Source: an uncultured Candidatus Saccharibacteria bacterium (GTDB lineage Bacteria > Patescibacteriota > Minisyncoccia > Phycocordibacterales > UBA918). Taken from it: a DNA stretch of 64,000 bases. Numbering within the stretch: position 1 is the stretch's first letter; every line of letters starts with the position of its first letter. A program made the position numbers and the translations under genes. Below, piece after piece: positions 29,243 through 38,747 of the stretch. Location of the stretch: positions 7,921 through 71,920 of the forward strand of contig CAYOAM010000003.1 in assembly GCA_964402035.1 (NCBI GenBank), read 5' to 3'. The notes under the pieces are model-generated. The model was not told the DNA's origin and ran no database searches. It saw only the letters and a program-made list of their open reading frames with translations.

Positions 29243-32200
29243 CTAAAAAGTGGCAGTGACTGTGTAGGTAATCACCGAAGTATAATTCCCCGCCTCCGTC
29301 ATACTCTCTATATTCCCAAGATAATATGCATCATAGATCGTGGCTGTTCCATCACCATCACCGGTCCCAATCTCATCGGGGAACGAAGACGTCGCAAAAG
29401 CAAAGGTAGCTGCACTGTATGGTGGTGTCGAGAGCCCTGTCCCAGAAATGACATTGAGCCGCACGCCAAATTGCTCCGTCCCAGGGCTTGATATGGTGGC
29501 TGTTTCGCCAATAGGATTTATGGTAGCTATATCGTAGGTCAAGGTACTGCCATTTATTGACATGCGGTACCCACCCAGTGCATTGGTGACCACAGAAATG
29601 CTATGCGCTGGCTCACTCGGAGACGTTGTGCCAAGGATATCCCCCGTTGCGTAGCGTGCTTCGAGCGCTGAAAGAGTGCCAAAACCGACGGTATTATCGG
29701 ATATGCTCATAGTTATGTAGTTTTCAGGTTCTTTCTCAATCCACCGCACACTAACCATCGCAAAATCCCAGTCACGTCCCACTCCCCCAACCACGTTCGT
29801 TGAGACTGAGGTACGCAAACGCAAGTTCATCAAGTTGTTTTGGGTATCCACAAAGTCGTCTGCTGATTCTTGCTGCTCTGCGACACGCCACGTATCAAAC
29901 CAGCTGTACGATGTTGCGGCATTGGTATCGGTGCCCGGTGTGTTGATCCAGCCTGAACCAACCTCTTCACCTCCAAGACCTGAGTTGCCGGCATAGTCTT
30001 TCATCTGTACGTCATTGGTGAGTGACGCAATATTGGATCGATGCTTCACCGCATAGTGAATACCGGTAATAGAAGTCGAGGACGCCACCGTCATGGGAAA
30101 AGAGAGATTTTGCGAGAACGCATACTCGGCATTCACCGTATCGTCGTCATTGTCTTGTGGGTAGTGGTCGACGGGATATTCGATCGCTGTCGTTGCATTC
30201 CACGTTGAGGTCAACGTGGTGCCCGTGATCGCTTCAGCGGTACTGCGAGTTCTTGTACACTCAGATGCAGTACCACTTCCCCATGATATTTCGCAGAGTG
30301 CTGAATCAGTATTGACGGAACCCACCATCATATAGATGCGATCAAACTGAAGGTTCGCGAGTGCCGCAGGACCGTTGGTGGTAAAGCCCACGCGGACTTC
30401 ACCGGTTGGTGAGATGTAGTCATCAAAGACAAAGCCGGGTATCAAGGTGTCGTTGAAACTGAACGCAAGTTCGATATCAGTGGTACACGCTGAGGCGAAG
30501 ACCGTCGATGACGCTGCTGTCCACACACTGTTTTGAAAATCCCAAAGCGAAATGGAGAAACTTAATCCCGTATTGTTTTTGCACACCTCGGGCTGCACCA
30601 AAAAGGTGTTCATACCCGCAAGCGTCTTCACGTTGGTGAATGAGAAGTAGAAACTGATGGGGGTTGAGGTCGCAGCCATATACACAGTGAATTTGTTGCC
30701 ATCAGATCCAGTGAGTGTCGTACCGATAGCGCCCACGAGGTCTGAGATGAAGTTTGAACTTGTTGCGGCGGTCGTCGTCGCGAAGCCTGATGGTTCATAT
30801 ATGGGATCAATGGCAACTTCGAGCTGCGCAAAATCGGTTTGATGTGCAGTGACCGAATTCACGGTTGAGTAGGTGCGCACAATGACGCGCTTGCTTGATG
30901 TGGTTGAAGCGAAGTTTGAGAGTGGTGTACTAATGACCGTACCGGGAGTCACGGTGCGGGTGGAAAAATAGCCATTGTATATTTCATACGTGCGCTGGGT
31001 ATCGGAGGTGTTGGTGTGATTCGTGCGTCGTGGTTGGAGTGTGCGCCACCCACCACCGGTACATTCACTATCAGCAGCATTATCAACGCCGGTGCTTGAG
31101 ACCCAATCACAGATCTGATGGGTGTATGCATCACCGGTCGTAATGTTGGTGTCTTCAAGTGTGATGAGCATTTTGTTTGCGCCATAGAGGTTGACGCTAT
31201 CAAAATAGATTTGCTTGTCCAAGCCTGAGGTGGTGCGAGTTGCCGTCCAATAGTTGCCGTCGTTCCCCAAGGTCGCTCGCCACGAGTCGAGGTGGTTTAA
31301 GTTGGTCGAGGTCGCAACACCGACGATGAGGGCGCCACCGGTGGGGGCGTATTGGGAAGTCTCGGTTACACGGCGTGGTTCATCAATCCACCGCACACTA
31401 ACCATCGCAAAATCCCAGTCACGTCCCACTCCCCCAACCACGTTCGTTGAGACTGAGGTACGCAAACGCAAGTTCATCAAGTTGTTTTGGGTATCCACAA
31501 AGTCGTCTGCTGATTCTTGCTGCTCTGCGACACGCCACGTATCAAACCAGCTGTACGATGTTGCGGCATTGGTATCGGTGCCCGGTGTGTTGATCCAGCC
31601 TGAACCAACCTCTTCACCTCCAAGACCTGAGTTGCCGGCATAGTCTTTCATCTGTACGTCATTGGTGAGTGACGCAATATTGGATCGATGCTTCACCGCA
31701 TAGTGAATACCGGTAATAGAAGTCGAGGACGCCACCGTCATGGGAAAAGAGAGATTTTGCGAGAACGCATACTCGGCATTCACCGTATCGTCGTCATTGT
31801 CTTGTGGGTAGTGGTCGACGGGATATTCGATCGCTGTCGTTGCATTCCACGTTGAGGTCAACGTGGTGCCCGTGATCGCTTCAGCGGTACTGCGAGTTCT
31901 TGTACACTCAGATGCAGTACCACTTCCCCATGATATTTCGCAGAGTGCTGAATCAGTATTGACGGAACCCACCATCATATAGATGCGATCAAACTGAAGG
32001 TTCGCGAGTGCCGCAGGACCGTTGGTGGTAAAGCCCACGCGGACTTCACCGGTTGGTGAGATGTAGTCATCAAAGACAAAGCCGGGTATCAAGGTGTCGT
32101 TGAAACTGAACGCAAGTTCGATATCAGTGGTACACGCTGAGGCGAAGACCGTCGATGACGCTGCTGTCCACACACTGTTTTGAAAATCCCAAAGCGAAAT

Positions 32201-33178
32201 GGAGAAACTTAATCCCGTATTGTTTTTGCACACCTCGGGCTGCACCAAAAAGGTGTTCATACCCGCAAGCGTCTTCACGTTGGTGAATGAGAAGTAGAAA
32301 CTGATGGGGGTTGAGGTCGCAGCCATATACACAGTGAATTTGTTGCCATCAGATCCAGTGAGTGTCGTACCGATAGCGCCCACGAGGTCTGAGATGAAGT
32401 TTGAACTTGTTGCGGCGGTCGTCGTCGCGAAGCCTGATGGTTCATATATGGGATCAATGGCAACTTCGAGCTGCGCAAAATCGGTTTGATGTGCAGTGAC
32501 CGAATTCACGGTTGAGTAGGTGCGCACAATGACGCGCTTGCTTGATGTGGTTGAAGCGAAGTTTGAGAGTGGTGTACTAATGACCGTACCGGGAGTCACG
32601 GTGCGGGTGGAAAAATAGCCATTGTATATTTCATACGTGCGCTGGGTATCGGAGGTGTTGGTGTGATTCGTGCGTCGTGGTTGGAGTGTGCGCCACCCAC
32701 CACCGGTACATTCACTATCAGCAGCATTATCAACGCCGGTGCTTGAGACCCAATCACAGATCTGATGGGTGTATGCATCACCGGTCGTAATGTTGGTGTC
32801 TTCAAGTGTGATGAGCATTTTGTTTGCGCCATAGAGGTTGACGCTATCAAAATAGATTTGCTTGTCCAAGCCTGAGGTGGTGCGAGTTGCCGTCCAATAG
32901 TTGCCGTCGTTCCCCAAGGTCGCTCGCCACGAGTCGAGGTGGTTTAAGTTGGTCGAGGTCGCAACACCGACGATGAGGGCGCCACCGGTGGGGGCGTATT
33001 GGGATACCGCAAGCGCTTTCTTGCCCACCGTCTCCTCAAGCAGAACATGTTGTACTTCCTTCCCATTCATAATCCAACGATGGAGATACCCAGTCTCAGA
33101 GAGTGACGAAAACAAAGCAAGTATGGCTACCATACCCACCACCATGCCCACTTTTTTGATACACAGATGCGCTACCAT
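29243..33178 (-). CDS. 1311-aa surface protein: two identical ~540-aa modules plus C-terminal WxL/pilin-like domain
   Basis: N-terminal TM/signal; duplicated module; C-terminal ~155 aa aligns with that of 28099..29172 (GTEQFG.R, TEAG.Y...TYT.TA). Confidence 0.8.
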   Translation of the reverse strand: MVAHLCIKKVGMVVGMVAILALFSSLSETGYLHRWIMNGKEVQHVLLEETVGKKALAVSQYAPTGGALIVGVATSTNLNHLDSWRATLGNDGNYWTATRTTSGLDKQIYFDSVNLYGANKMLITLEDTNITTGDAYTHQICDWVSSTGVDNAADSECTGGGWRTLQPRRTNHTNTSDTQRTYEIYNGYFSTRTVTPGTVISTPLSNFASTTSSKRVIVRTYSTVNSVTAHQTDFAQLEVAIDPIYEPSGFATTTAATSSNFISDLVGAIGTTLTGSDGNKFTVYMAATSTPISFYFSFTNVKTLAGMNTFLVQPEVCKNNTGLSFSISLWDFQNSVWTAASSTVFASACTTDIELAFSFNDTLIPGFVFDDYISPTGEVRVGFTTNGPAALANLQFDRIYMMVGSVNTDSALCEISWGSGTASECTRTRSTAEAITGTTLTSTWNATTAIEYPVDHYPQDNDDDTVNAEYAFSQNLSFPMTVASSTSITGIHYAVKHRSNIASLTNDVQMKDYAGNSGLGGEEVGSGWINTPGTDTNAATSYSWFDTWRVAEQQESADDFVDTQNNLMNLRLRTSVSTNVVGGVGRDWDFAMVSVRWIDEPRRVTETSQYAPTGGALIVGVATSTNLNHLDSWRATLGNDGNYWTATRTTSGLDKQIYFDSVNLYGANKMLITLEDTNITTGDAYTHQICDWVSSTGVDNAADSECTGGGWRTLQPRRTNHTNTSDTQRTYEIYNGYFSTRTVTPGTVISTPLSNFASTTSSKRVIVRTYSTVNSVTAHQTDFAQLEVAIDPIYEPSGFATTTAATSSNFISDLVGAIGTTLTGSDGNKFTVYMAATSTPISFYFSFTNVKTLAGMNTFLVQPEVCKNNTGLSFSISLWDFQNSVWTAASSTVFASACTTDIELAFSFNDTLIPGFVFDDYISPTGEVRVGFTTNGPAALANLQFDRIYMMVGSVNTDSALCEISWGSGTASECTRTRSTAEAITGTTLTSTWNATTAIEYPVDHYPQDNDDDTVNAEYAFSQNLSFPMTVASSTSITGIHYAVKHRSNIASLTNDVQMKDYAGNSGLGGEEVGSGWINTPGTDTNAATSYSWFDTWRVAEQQESADDFVDTQNNLMNLRLRTSVSTNVVGGVGRDWDFAMVSVRWIEKEPENYITMSISDNTVGFGTLSALEARYATGDILGTTSPSEPAHSISVVTNALGGYRMSINGSTLTYDIATINPIGETATISSPGTEQFGVRLNVISGTGLSTPPYSAATFAFATSSFPDEIGTGDGDGTATIYDAYYLGNIESMTEAGNYTSVITYTVTATF
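29736..33004. repeat. 1622-bp direct repeat x2 (29736-31357 and 31383-33004) with 25-bp unique spacer
   Basis: Offset 1647; identical translation, and identical alternate-frame ORFs at the same offset. Confidence 0.95.
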
Positions 33179-33179
33179 A

Positions 33180-34748
33180 TTATTTCTCTACAATCGGATC
33201 AGACTCAATAACAAATGAAATGTCGTCAGGTTCTAGCGATACGTCATATGTTTCTTGCTCAAGTTGCAACTGTGTATCCCCACGAATTTCACGGGTCTGA
33301 GAAAACATTGTCCGCGCATTAGTATCAAAACCGACAAATGCACCCCCTTCTGCGGATGCCCAGATCACTTTCCCTTCTACATACTCAAACGGTGAATCAA
33401 GCAACATGGTTGTGTTGTCGGCGAGTTTTAAGAAACCAATCGCACTTCCGAGCGCATGCTCCTTGAGCCACGCTTCGGTACCACCTTCTCTTGTACGTAT
33501 AAAATAGAGCGTTTTCCCTTGATCTAATGGCTGTATTTGCGTTACAAATCCTCCCACGAAAAATAATCTTTCATGTACCACCATACGTTCTGCAGTATCA
33601 GTTTGAAAACGAAGCATGTGGGGACCTGGATCTACTAATGCTTGCAGCGTCACCGCATACGTATCTTCATCAATGCCGACCACGGTATGAGGGACAAGCA
33701 CTCCATCCACATACACCGTTGTTGATGCTTGTGGAGCAGGCGGAGTCGAAGCACTGGTGGTTGCGTTTGAAGAACTTGTAGCAGTTGTCTCAACGGTGTC
33801 AGGCTCATCATGAAGCACCTCTATATCTACTACCTCGTCACTGTTGGTCTGCACTGTTGTCTGATCGACCTCCTCGTGCTCAGTTTCAATCTGATCCACA
33901 GCATGCTCGACGTCACTATCACTTAGGTTCTGAATCGCAGGATCAGCTTCACTTTGTTCTATAGTCGAGACGGATTCCAGTGTGCCTACATCTACTGAAA
34001 CCTCGGCAGGCAACTCTTGAGGAATCTCCGCTAAAGCCGGCGAAGAATCTTCAGTGACTTCTTCTGGCGCTATATCTATGATCAAACTAAACAACGTCTC
34101 AACCGTTGGTTGCATAAACTCAATGACGGTCTGCGCAGCGTCAGAGACCATGTCTACTATGGTCTCTGCAGCGTCAGCAACCTGCGTAACAGTGTCTGAA
34201 ATGGTGCCTTGTATGGCAGCAAAGAATCCTTCTTTTGTGGTACTTCCTTGGTTAAAAATAAAAGTAGGCAGTGTACTCATCTCAAAAAACGCCGCATTCG
34301 CAATCTCGGCCTCAGAGTATAGTGTTGTGGTCGCAGATGTCGTTGCAATAGGCTGGGGTAACACCGCAATATCTTGTACGACGTCAGGCACTACCGGCAA
34401 CACCGGTTCCGATAGCACCGGCACAAGTTCCGCATCTTCAAAACCAACCTCCACATCACTATTGATTGGCAGATCAACATCATCTGGCGCGGAAGAGACT
34501 ATAAATTCACTCGGTTGCGATGGAGGATCAGCTATCGTTTCGGTGCCTTGTCCAATATCTTCCGCAACTGGAGGTATTTCATTCTCGGGTGCAATATCGA
34601 TGGGTGTCGTCTCTAGAGCAGGCGATGTCGCACCAACCTCTTCTATCTCTTCTGCATAAGTAAAAGAAACATAAAAAAAGTTGTACGCGAGTACCAGTAT
34701 CACGCATAACCACAGAAAAAAATTCTCCTTTCCTCGAAAGAAATTCAC
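33180..34748 (-). CDS. Membrane-anchored acidic low-complexity stalk protein with folded C-terminal beta domain
   Basis: N-terminal TM; ~300 aa rich in E/D/T/P/V; beta-rich C-terminus; TATGAT 6 nt before GTG. Confidence 0.75.
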   Translation of the reverse strand: MNFFRGKENFFLWLCVILVLAYNFFYVSFTYAEEIEEVGATSPALETTPIDIAPENEIPPVAEDIGQGTETIADPPSQPSEFIVSSAPDDVDLPINSDVEVGFEDAELVPVLSEPVLPVVPDVVQDIAVLPQPIATTSATTTLYSEAEIANAAFFEMSTLPTFIFNQGSTTKEGFFAAIQGTISDTVTQVADAAETIVDMVSDAAQTVIEFMQPTVETLFSLIIDIAPEEVTEDSSPALAEIPQELPAEVSVDVGTLESVSTIEQSEADPAIQNLSDSDVEHAVDQIETEHEEVDQTTVQTNSDEVVDIEVLHDEPDTVETTATSSSNATTSASTPPAPQASTTVYVDGVLVPHTVVGIDEDTYAVTLQALVDPGPHMLRFQTDTAERMVVHERLFFVGGFVTQIQPLDQGKTLYFIRTREGGTEAWLKEHALGSAIGFLKLADNTTMLLDSPFEYVEGKVIWASAEGGAFVGFDTNARTMFSQTREIRGDTQLQLEQETYDVSLEPDDISFVIESDPIVEK

Positions 34749-34803
34749 CCACTAATCATAACAGCTGATGGTGGGTGGACGCTGTGTTATCAACGCACAA
34801 TAG

Positions 34804-35340
34804 CTAGTGTTCCTGCTGTCTACGAATAAATAACATTAAAACCGCAATCATCGCAAAGAGCGATACGGCCATCAAGGGAAATGTGATGTACCCAAACTCA
34901 AACACAATGCGTTCTGCACACTCGACCCCAGGAGCTGCGGTAGGACACACAATAAACGGCGAGCCGCCCATCTGCAAATAATGGTGATAGAGAGCGATCA
35001 CGCCTCCCACAAAAGACAGACCGAGAATATAATCTGCAATATTTTTATCATGCTTCCATAGTGCCATGCCTGAGAGGAGTGCTATGGGATAGAGTGCGAT
35101 ACGCTCAAACCAACACAAGCCACAGGGTGTAAAACCAAATACTTCTGAATACACCAAAGTCAGTATAATACCCGCGATCGATAGCAAAAATACTTTAAGA
35201 AGCGCAAATCTCCCCACAAAATTGCGAAGCTCGGTAAAATCAGCTTTTTTAAGTACGATAAAAAGCGCTACTGCACCGACCTGGAGACCAATGGTACCGA
35301 CCGCCAGTAGATAATTTATATCCGCTATGTAGTCAAGCAT
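34804..35340 (-). CDS. dsbB: Disulfide bond formation protein B (BdbC/DsbB)
   Basis: PCGLCWFERIALYP; second Cys pair C.......C; FGYITFPLMA. Confidence 0.9.
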   Translation of the reverse strand: MLDYIADINYLLAVGTIGLQVGAVALFIVLKKADFTELRNFVGRFALLKVFLLSIAGIILTLVYSEVFGFTPCGLCWFERIALYPIALLSGMALWKHDKNIADYILGLSFVGGVIALYHHYLQMGGSPFIVCPTAAPGVECAERIVFEFGYITFPLMAVSLFAMIAVLMLFIRRQQEH

Positions 35341-35345
35341 AGATA

Positions 35346-35720
35346 TTATTTCGGAAGCTCACAGCTTGTCGTTTCTGCAAGCTCTTTGAGTGTCAGCTCG
35401 CCACTCTTCCTCGTGCCATCCTTAAATATCCAGAGCGGATACCCTTCTACCTTTGCATCAATACACACTTGTGTCTGGTTCTTACGATCCGGGGTTGAAC
35501 ACTCAATATAGGGAAGTTTTTTTTGTGAGTTACCAAAGATTGCCTTTTGTGATTGGCAATGTGGACACCAAAATGCGCCATAGAACTTTGCTCCAGCATC
35601 AGTGAGACACTGCGCAAACCCATCAAGTTTTCCCGGCAATGTCTTCGTCCAAACGATGGTGCCAATAAAAAGGACAACCAATAGTATAAGCCCCACAAAC
35701 CATCCATATTTTTTGACCAT
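35346..35720 (-). CDS. Membrane-anchored thioredoxin-like protein (VKOR-associated Trx type)
   Basis: FYGAFWCPHCQSQK, YIECS, GYPLW. Confidence 0.85.
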   Translation of the reverse strand: MVKKYGWFVGLILLVVLFIGTIVWTKTLPGKLDGFAQCLTDAGAKFYGAFWCPHCQSQKAIFGNSQKKLPYIECSTPDRKNQTQVCIDAKVEGYPLWIFKDGTRKSGELTLKELAETTSCELPK

Positions 35721-35763
35721 ATAGGAACTATACTACCCTAATAAACCCTCCCTTGTCCAAAAA

Positions 35764-36198
35764 CTACAAAAAGTAAAAGCCTATTACTGCGGCACCAATC
35801 CACCCCATCGTTGAAAGCGATCCGCTTAACAACAATGACAGACGTTCACGCGGCGCAAGGTCTGAAAACGGACGCTCGGTGGCTATAGGGGTCAAGCGAC
35901 CAATAAAAACACCATTCACGATAAGTACGAGCACAAAGCCCATTTTGATCAGAAAGGAAGGTTCGCTAATATAATATTCCCACGCAGGGAGTGCAAGTTT
36001 TAAGCCCGACGCAATCATAATGAGAAGTCCCGCCCACACCACGTAGTGCAGCAGCTCCATTTTTCTCTTATCGAGTAGCTGTTTTTTGCCTCGAAAATAC
36101 GAAAATGCCTCATGATCCGAGTAGAGTATGACGAGTGCCGTTATACCCAAAGTCCACAGATGTATAGTGACGGGATTCATAAATGCAGATACTACCAT
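35764..36198 (-). CDS. 4-TM hypothetical membrane protein
   Basis: Hydrophobic helices, FLIKMGFVLVLIVNG; start may be 36180. Confidence 0.7.
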   Translation of the reverse strand: MVVSAFMNPVTIHLWTLGITALVILYSDHEAFSYFRGKKQLLDKRKMELLHYVVWAGLLIMIASGLKLALPAWEYYISEPSFLIKMGFVLVLIVNGVFIGRLTPIATERPFSDLAPRERLSLLLSGSLSTMGWIGAAVIGFYFL

Positions 36199-36301
36199 AT
36201 TAAAACGTTCACTTCATATTTTCACATATGAAGCTTTTCCTCCCCTTACAGCGTTTATACAATAATGAAATAAAGAATATATTGTATACGTATTAGAACA
36301 T

Positions 36302-37525
36302 ATGCAAAACGATAAACTATCCGTGCGGTATATCATCGTGAGTAGCGCACTTTCAGTGGTCATAACGTTATATATCCTTTGGCTGCTCACCATATATGTA
36401 CCGGAGAAGATCGCGAACATTCTTCACATTCCCACCACAACAGAGACACTTTCTGCTACCGAGTCTCATACGCAAGCAGCGATACCTGATATCGTTGAGC
36501 GCGCAGCACCAGCAGTCGTATCAGTGGTCATCTCTGCAAACGTCCCAGTCGTAGAACGCTACTTTGAAAACTATGATCCATTTAAGGATTTCTTCGGTGG
36601 AGGTTTTGGATTCCAAATCCCACAGCAGCGACAGATCGGGACAGAGAAACGAGAAATTGGCGGGGGGACCGGATTCTTTGTATCAAAAGATGGATACATA
36701 ATCACCAATCGTCACGTCGTCGATACAGAGAAAGCGGACTATTCAGTTGTCACCAACGAAGGGAAAACATACGATGTCGAGGTTATAGCAAAAGATCCAT
36801 CGCTCGATATTGCCGTACTCAAAGTAAAAAAGGCAGATCAAGAATTTCCCTTCCTCAGTTTTGGTGATAGTAGCGCATTGCGTCTTGGTTCGTCCGTCAT
36901 TGCTATCGGTAATGCGCTTGCAGAATTCCCGAATACGATATCCGTTGGCGTGATCTCTGGGCTCTCGCGACACATCACCGCAGGCGACCGTGGGGGAAAA
37001 ACTGAAAACCTTGACGGACTTATCCAGACTGATGCCGCAATAAACCAAGGGAACTCCGGTGGACCACTCCTTGATATGCAGGGTACGGTCATCGGTGTCA
37101 ATGTCGCCGTTGCTGGAAATTCAGAAAATATAGGATTCGCACTTCCCGTAGACATGGTCAAAAATGTGTACGCAAGTGTTGAGCAATTTGGCGAGATCAT
37201 CCGACCGTACATCGGCGTACGGTATGTAGACATAAACGAGGCTCTCAAAAAAGCAAACAATTTGTCAGTTGATTATGGAATACTCGTTATCCGTGGAGAA
37301 AACCGTACCGACCTTGCCGTCATACCCGGCTCCCCCGCTGACAAAGCAGGTATCGAAGAAAATGACATAATTCTTGAGATGGATGGAAAAAAACTTAACG
37401 GAAAGGAAAATTTTGCACAAATCATCCGCGATCATAACGTAGGTGATACCGTAACGCTCAAACTCCTCCATGATGGAAAGGAACGTGAGATCGAAGTGAC
37501 GCTCGAAAAAATGCCGAATGGGTAG
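36302..37525 (+). CDS. htrA: HtrA/DegP-family serine protease (trypsin + PDZ)
   Basis: TNRHVV, DIAVLK, QTDAAINQGNSGGPL, PDZ GSPADKAGI. Confidence 0.95.
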   Translation: MQNDKLSVRYIIVSSALSVVITLYILWLLTIYVPEKIANILHIPTTTETLSATESHTQAAIPDIVERAAPAVVSVVISANVPVVERYFENYDPFKDFFGGGFGFQIPQQRQIGTEKREIGGGTGFFVSKDGYIITNRHVVDTEKADYSVVTNEGKTYDVEVIAKDPSLDIAVLKVKKADQEFPFLSFGDSSALRLGSSVIAIGNALAEFPNTISVGVISGLSRHITAGDRGGKTENLDGLIQTDAAINQGNSGGPLLDMQGTVIGVNVAVAGNSENIGFALPVDMVKNVYASVEQFGEIIRPYIGVRYVDINEALKKANNLSVDYGILVIRGENRTDLAVIPGSPADKAGIEENDIILEMDGKKLNGKENFAQIIRDHNVGDTVTLKLLHDGKEREIEVTLEKMPNG

Positions 37526-37552
37526 CATACAGCCTGTTGGTCTCGCTCGACG

Positions 37553-37600
37553 TAACAAGCACAAAAAAATCGCCTCTGGGCGATTTTTTTGTGCTTGTTA
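37553..37600. terminator. Bidirectional terminator (22-bp stem)
   Basis: TAACAAGCACAAAAAAATCGCC-tctg-GGCGATTTTTTTGTGCTTGTTA. Confidence 0.85.
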
Positions 37601-38020
37601 CTTTTTAACAGTTATCTTTATTCGTTTCTCTTCCTTCTCTGCCTGCTTTGGCATCGTAACCTTTAGTACACCACCTTCATAGACCGCTTGCACCCCATCT
37701 TGATTGACCGTACTAGGTAACGATATGACGCGCTCAAAAGTGCCACGTCTAATCTCCTTGGCATAATGATTTTTTTCTTTTTTCTCCTGCACCTCTTCCC
37801 GCTTTCCAGATACACGCAGATGCGTCTCCTCGACTTCGATATCAATGTCATCAGGAGACATACCTGGAATATTCATCTCTGCAACAATGTTATTTCCATC
37901 TTCGTAGACATCTGCCGCAAGATCAAAACTCATGTTTTGCATCCGCAACGTTGGCAACCCAGACACATCTCTAAAAATGCGATCAAATTCCTCGAACGGT
38001 TCCCATTTAATAAGTGACAT
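37598..38020 (-). CDS. Hsp20/alpha-crystallin small heat-shock protein
   Basis: WEPFEE, DVYED, IPG, GTFERVISLP, YEGGVLKVTMPK. Confidence 0.95.
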   Translation of the reverse strand: MSLIKWEPFEEFDRIFRDVSGLPTLRMQNMSFDLAADVYEDGNNIVAEMNIPGMSPDDIDIEVEETHLRVSGKREEVQEKKEKNHYAKEIRRGTFERVISLPSTVNQDGVQAVYEGGVLKVTMPKQAEKEEKRIKITVKK

Positions 38021-38071
38021 ATGTAATTGTATTATGATTACACCTTATAAAATTGACCTTTTACATAGACA

Positions 38072-38098
38072 ATTATACCACGATTATATTTTTGTCAA
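38072..38098 (-). promoter_or_regulatory. Promoter of hsp20: TTGACA-N15-TATAAT with extended TG
   Basis: Consensus hexamers; spacer is short. Confidence 0.55.
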
Positions 38099-38119
38099 GT
38101 ACACCAAGATGCATGGGCT

Positions 38120-38684
38120 TTACTTTGCAAGATCGCCCATCTTATATTTTTCCAAAATCCGCGCAGGTTTATTTGCGTCACCGTGAGCATTTTGAAATGC
38201 AGAAGATCCGTCAGTACCACACAATGAGAGAATTGCACGTTCCCCACCAGGATGTTTTGGAATATAGAGCGTCAAATCATATACGGACCCATCAATAAGA
38301 CTCCAGCATGATTGAGCCGTATGGTGCTTAGCAACTTCGCTTTTGGTAATTCCTGTTGCCACAACTTCCGTTGGTGTTGGTGTAGGAGCAGGAGTGGGAA
38401 TCACAACTGCCGGCATCGTGGCAGGAACGTCTACCGTTTTTTTAGAAACAGTCGCATCTGGAACAATATGCGGTGACGCCAAGGACTCAACAAGATTTGG
38501 CATTGTTTGCGATGTAGTAGCAATACTTTTGTCCGTTTCTTGCAACCGGCGGTATTGCGGGTGGCGTCTCTACACGGTGCACTTCATAGACGATATGCGA
38601 ACTAACCAGACGCGCATACGCATAATAGCCACCTACGAGTATAACGACGAGTACAAGAACTACAAAAAGAAATTTTCTTACCAT
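38120..38684 (-). pseudogene. Membrane-anchored cytochrome b5-like heme-binding protein split by a frameshift near 38545
   Basis: TM anchor ORF 38684-38487 and b5 domain ORF 38545-38120 (EVAKH..CW..VYDLT..HPGG..F..AH) lie in different frames. Confidence 0.7.
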
Positions 38685-38747
38685 AGATACACGATTGTTA
38701 CGTGTGTACAAATACGTTACCACTCGCATATACTTCGAACAACATCA

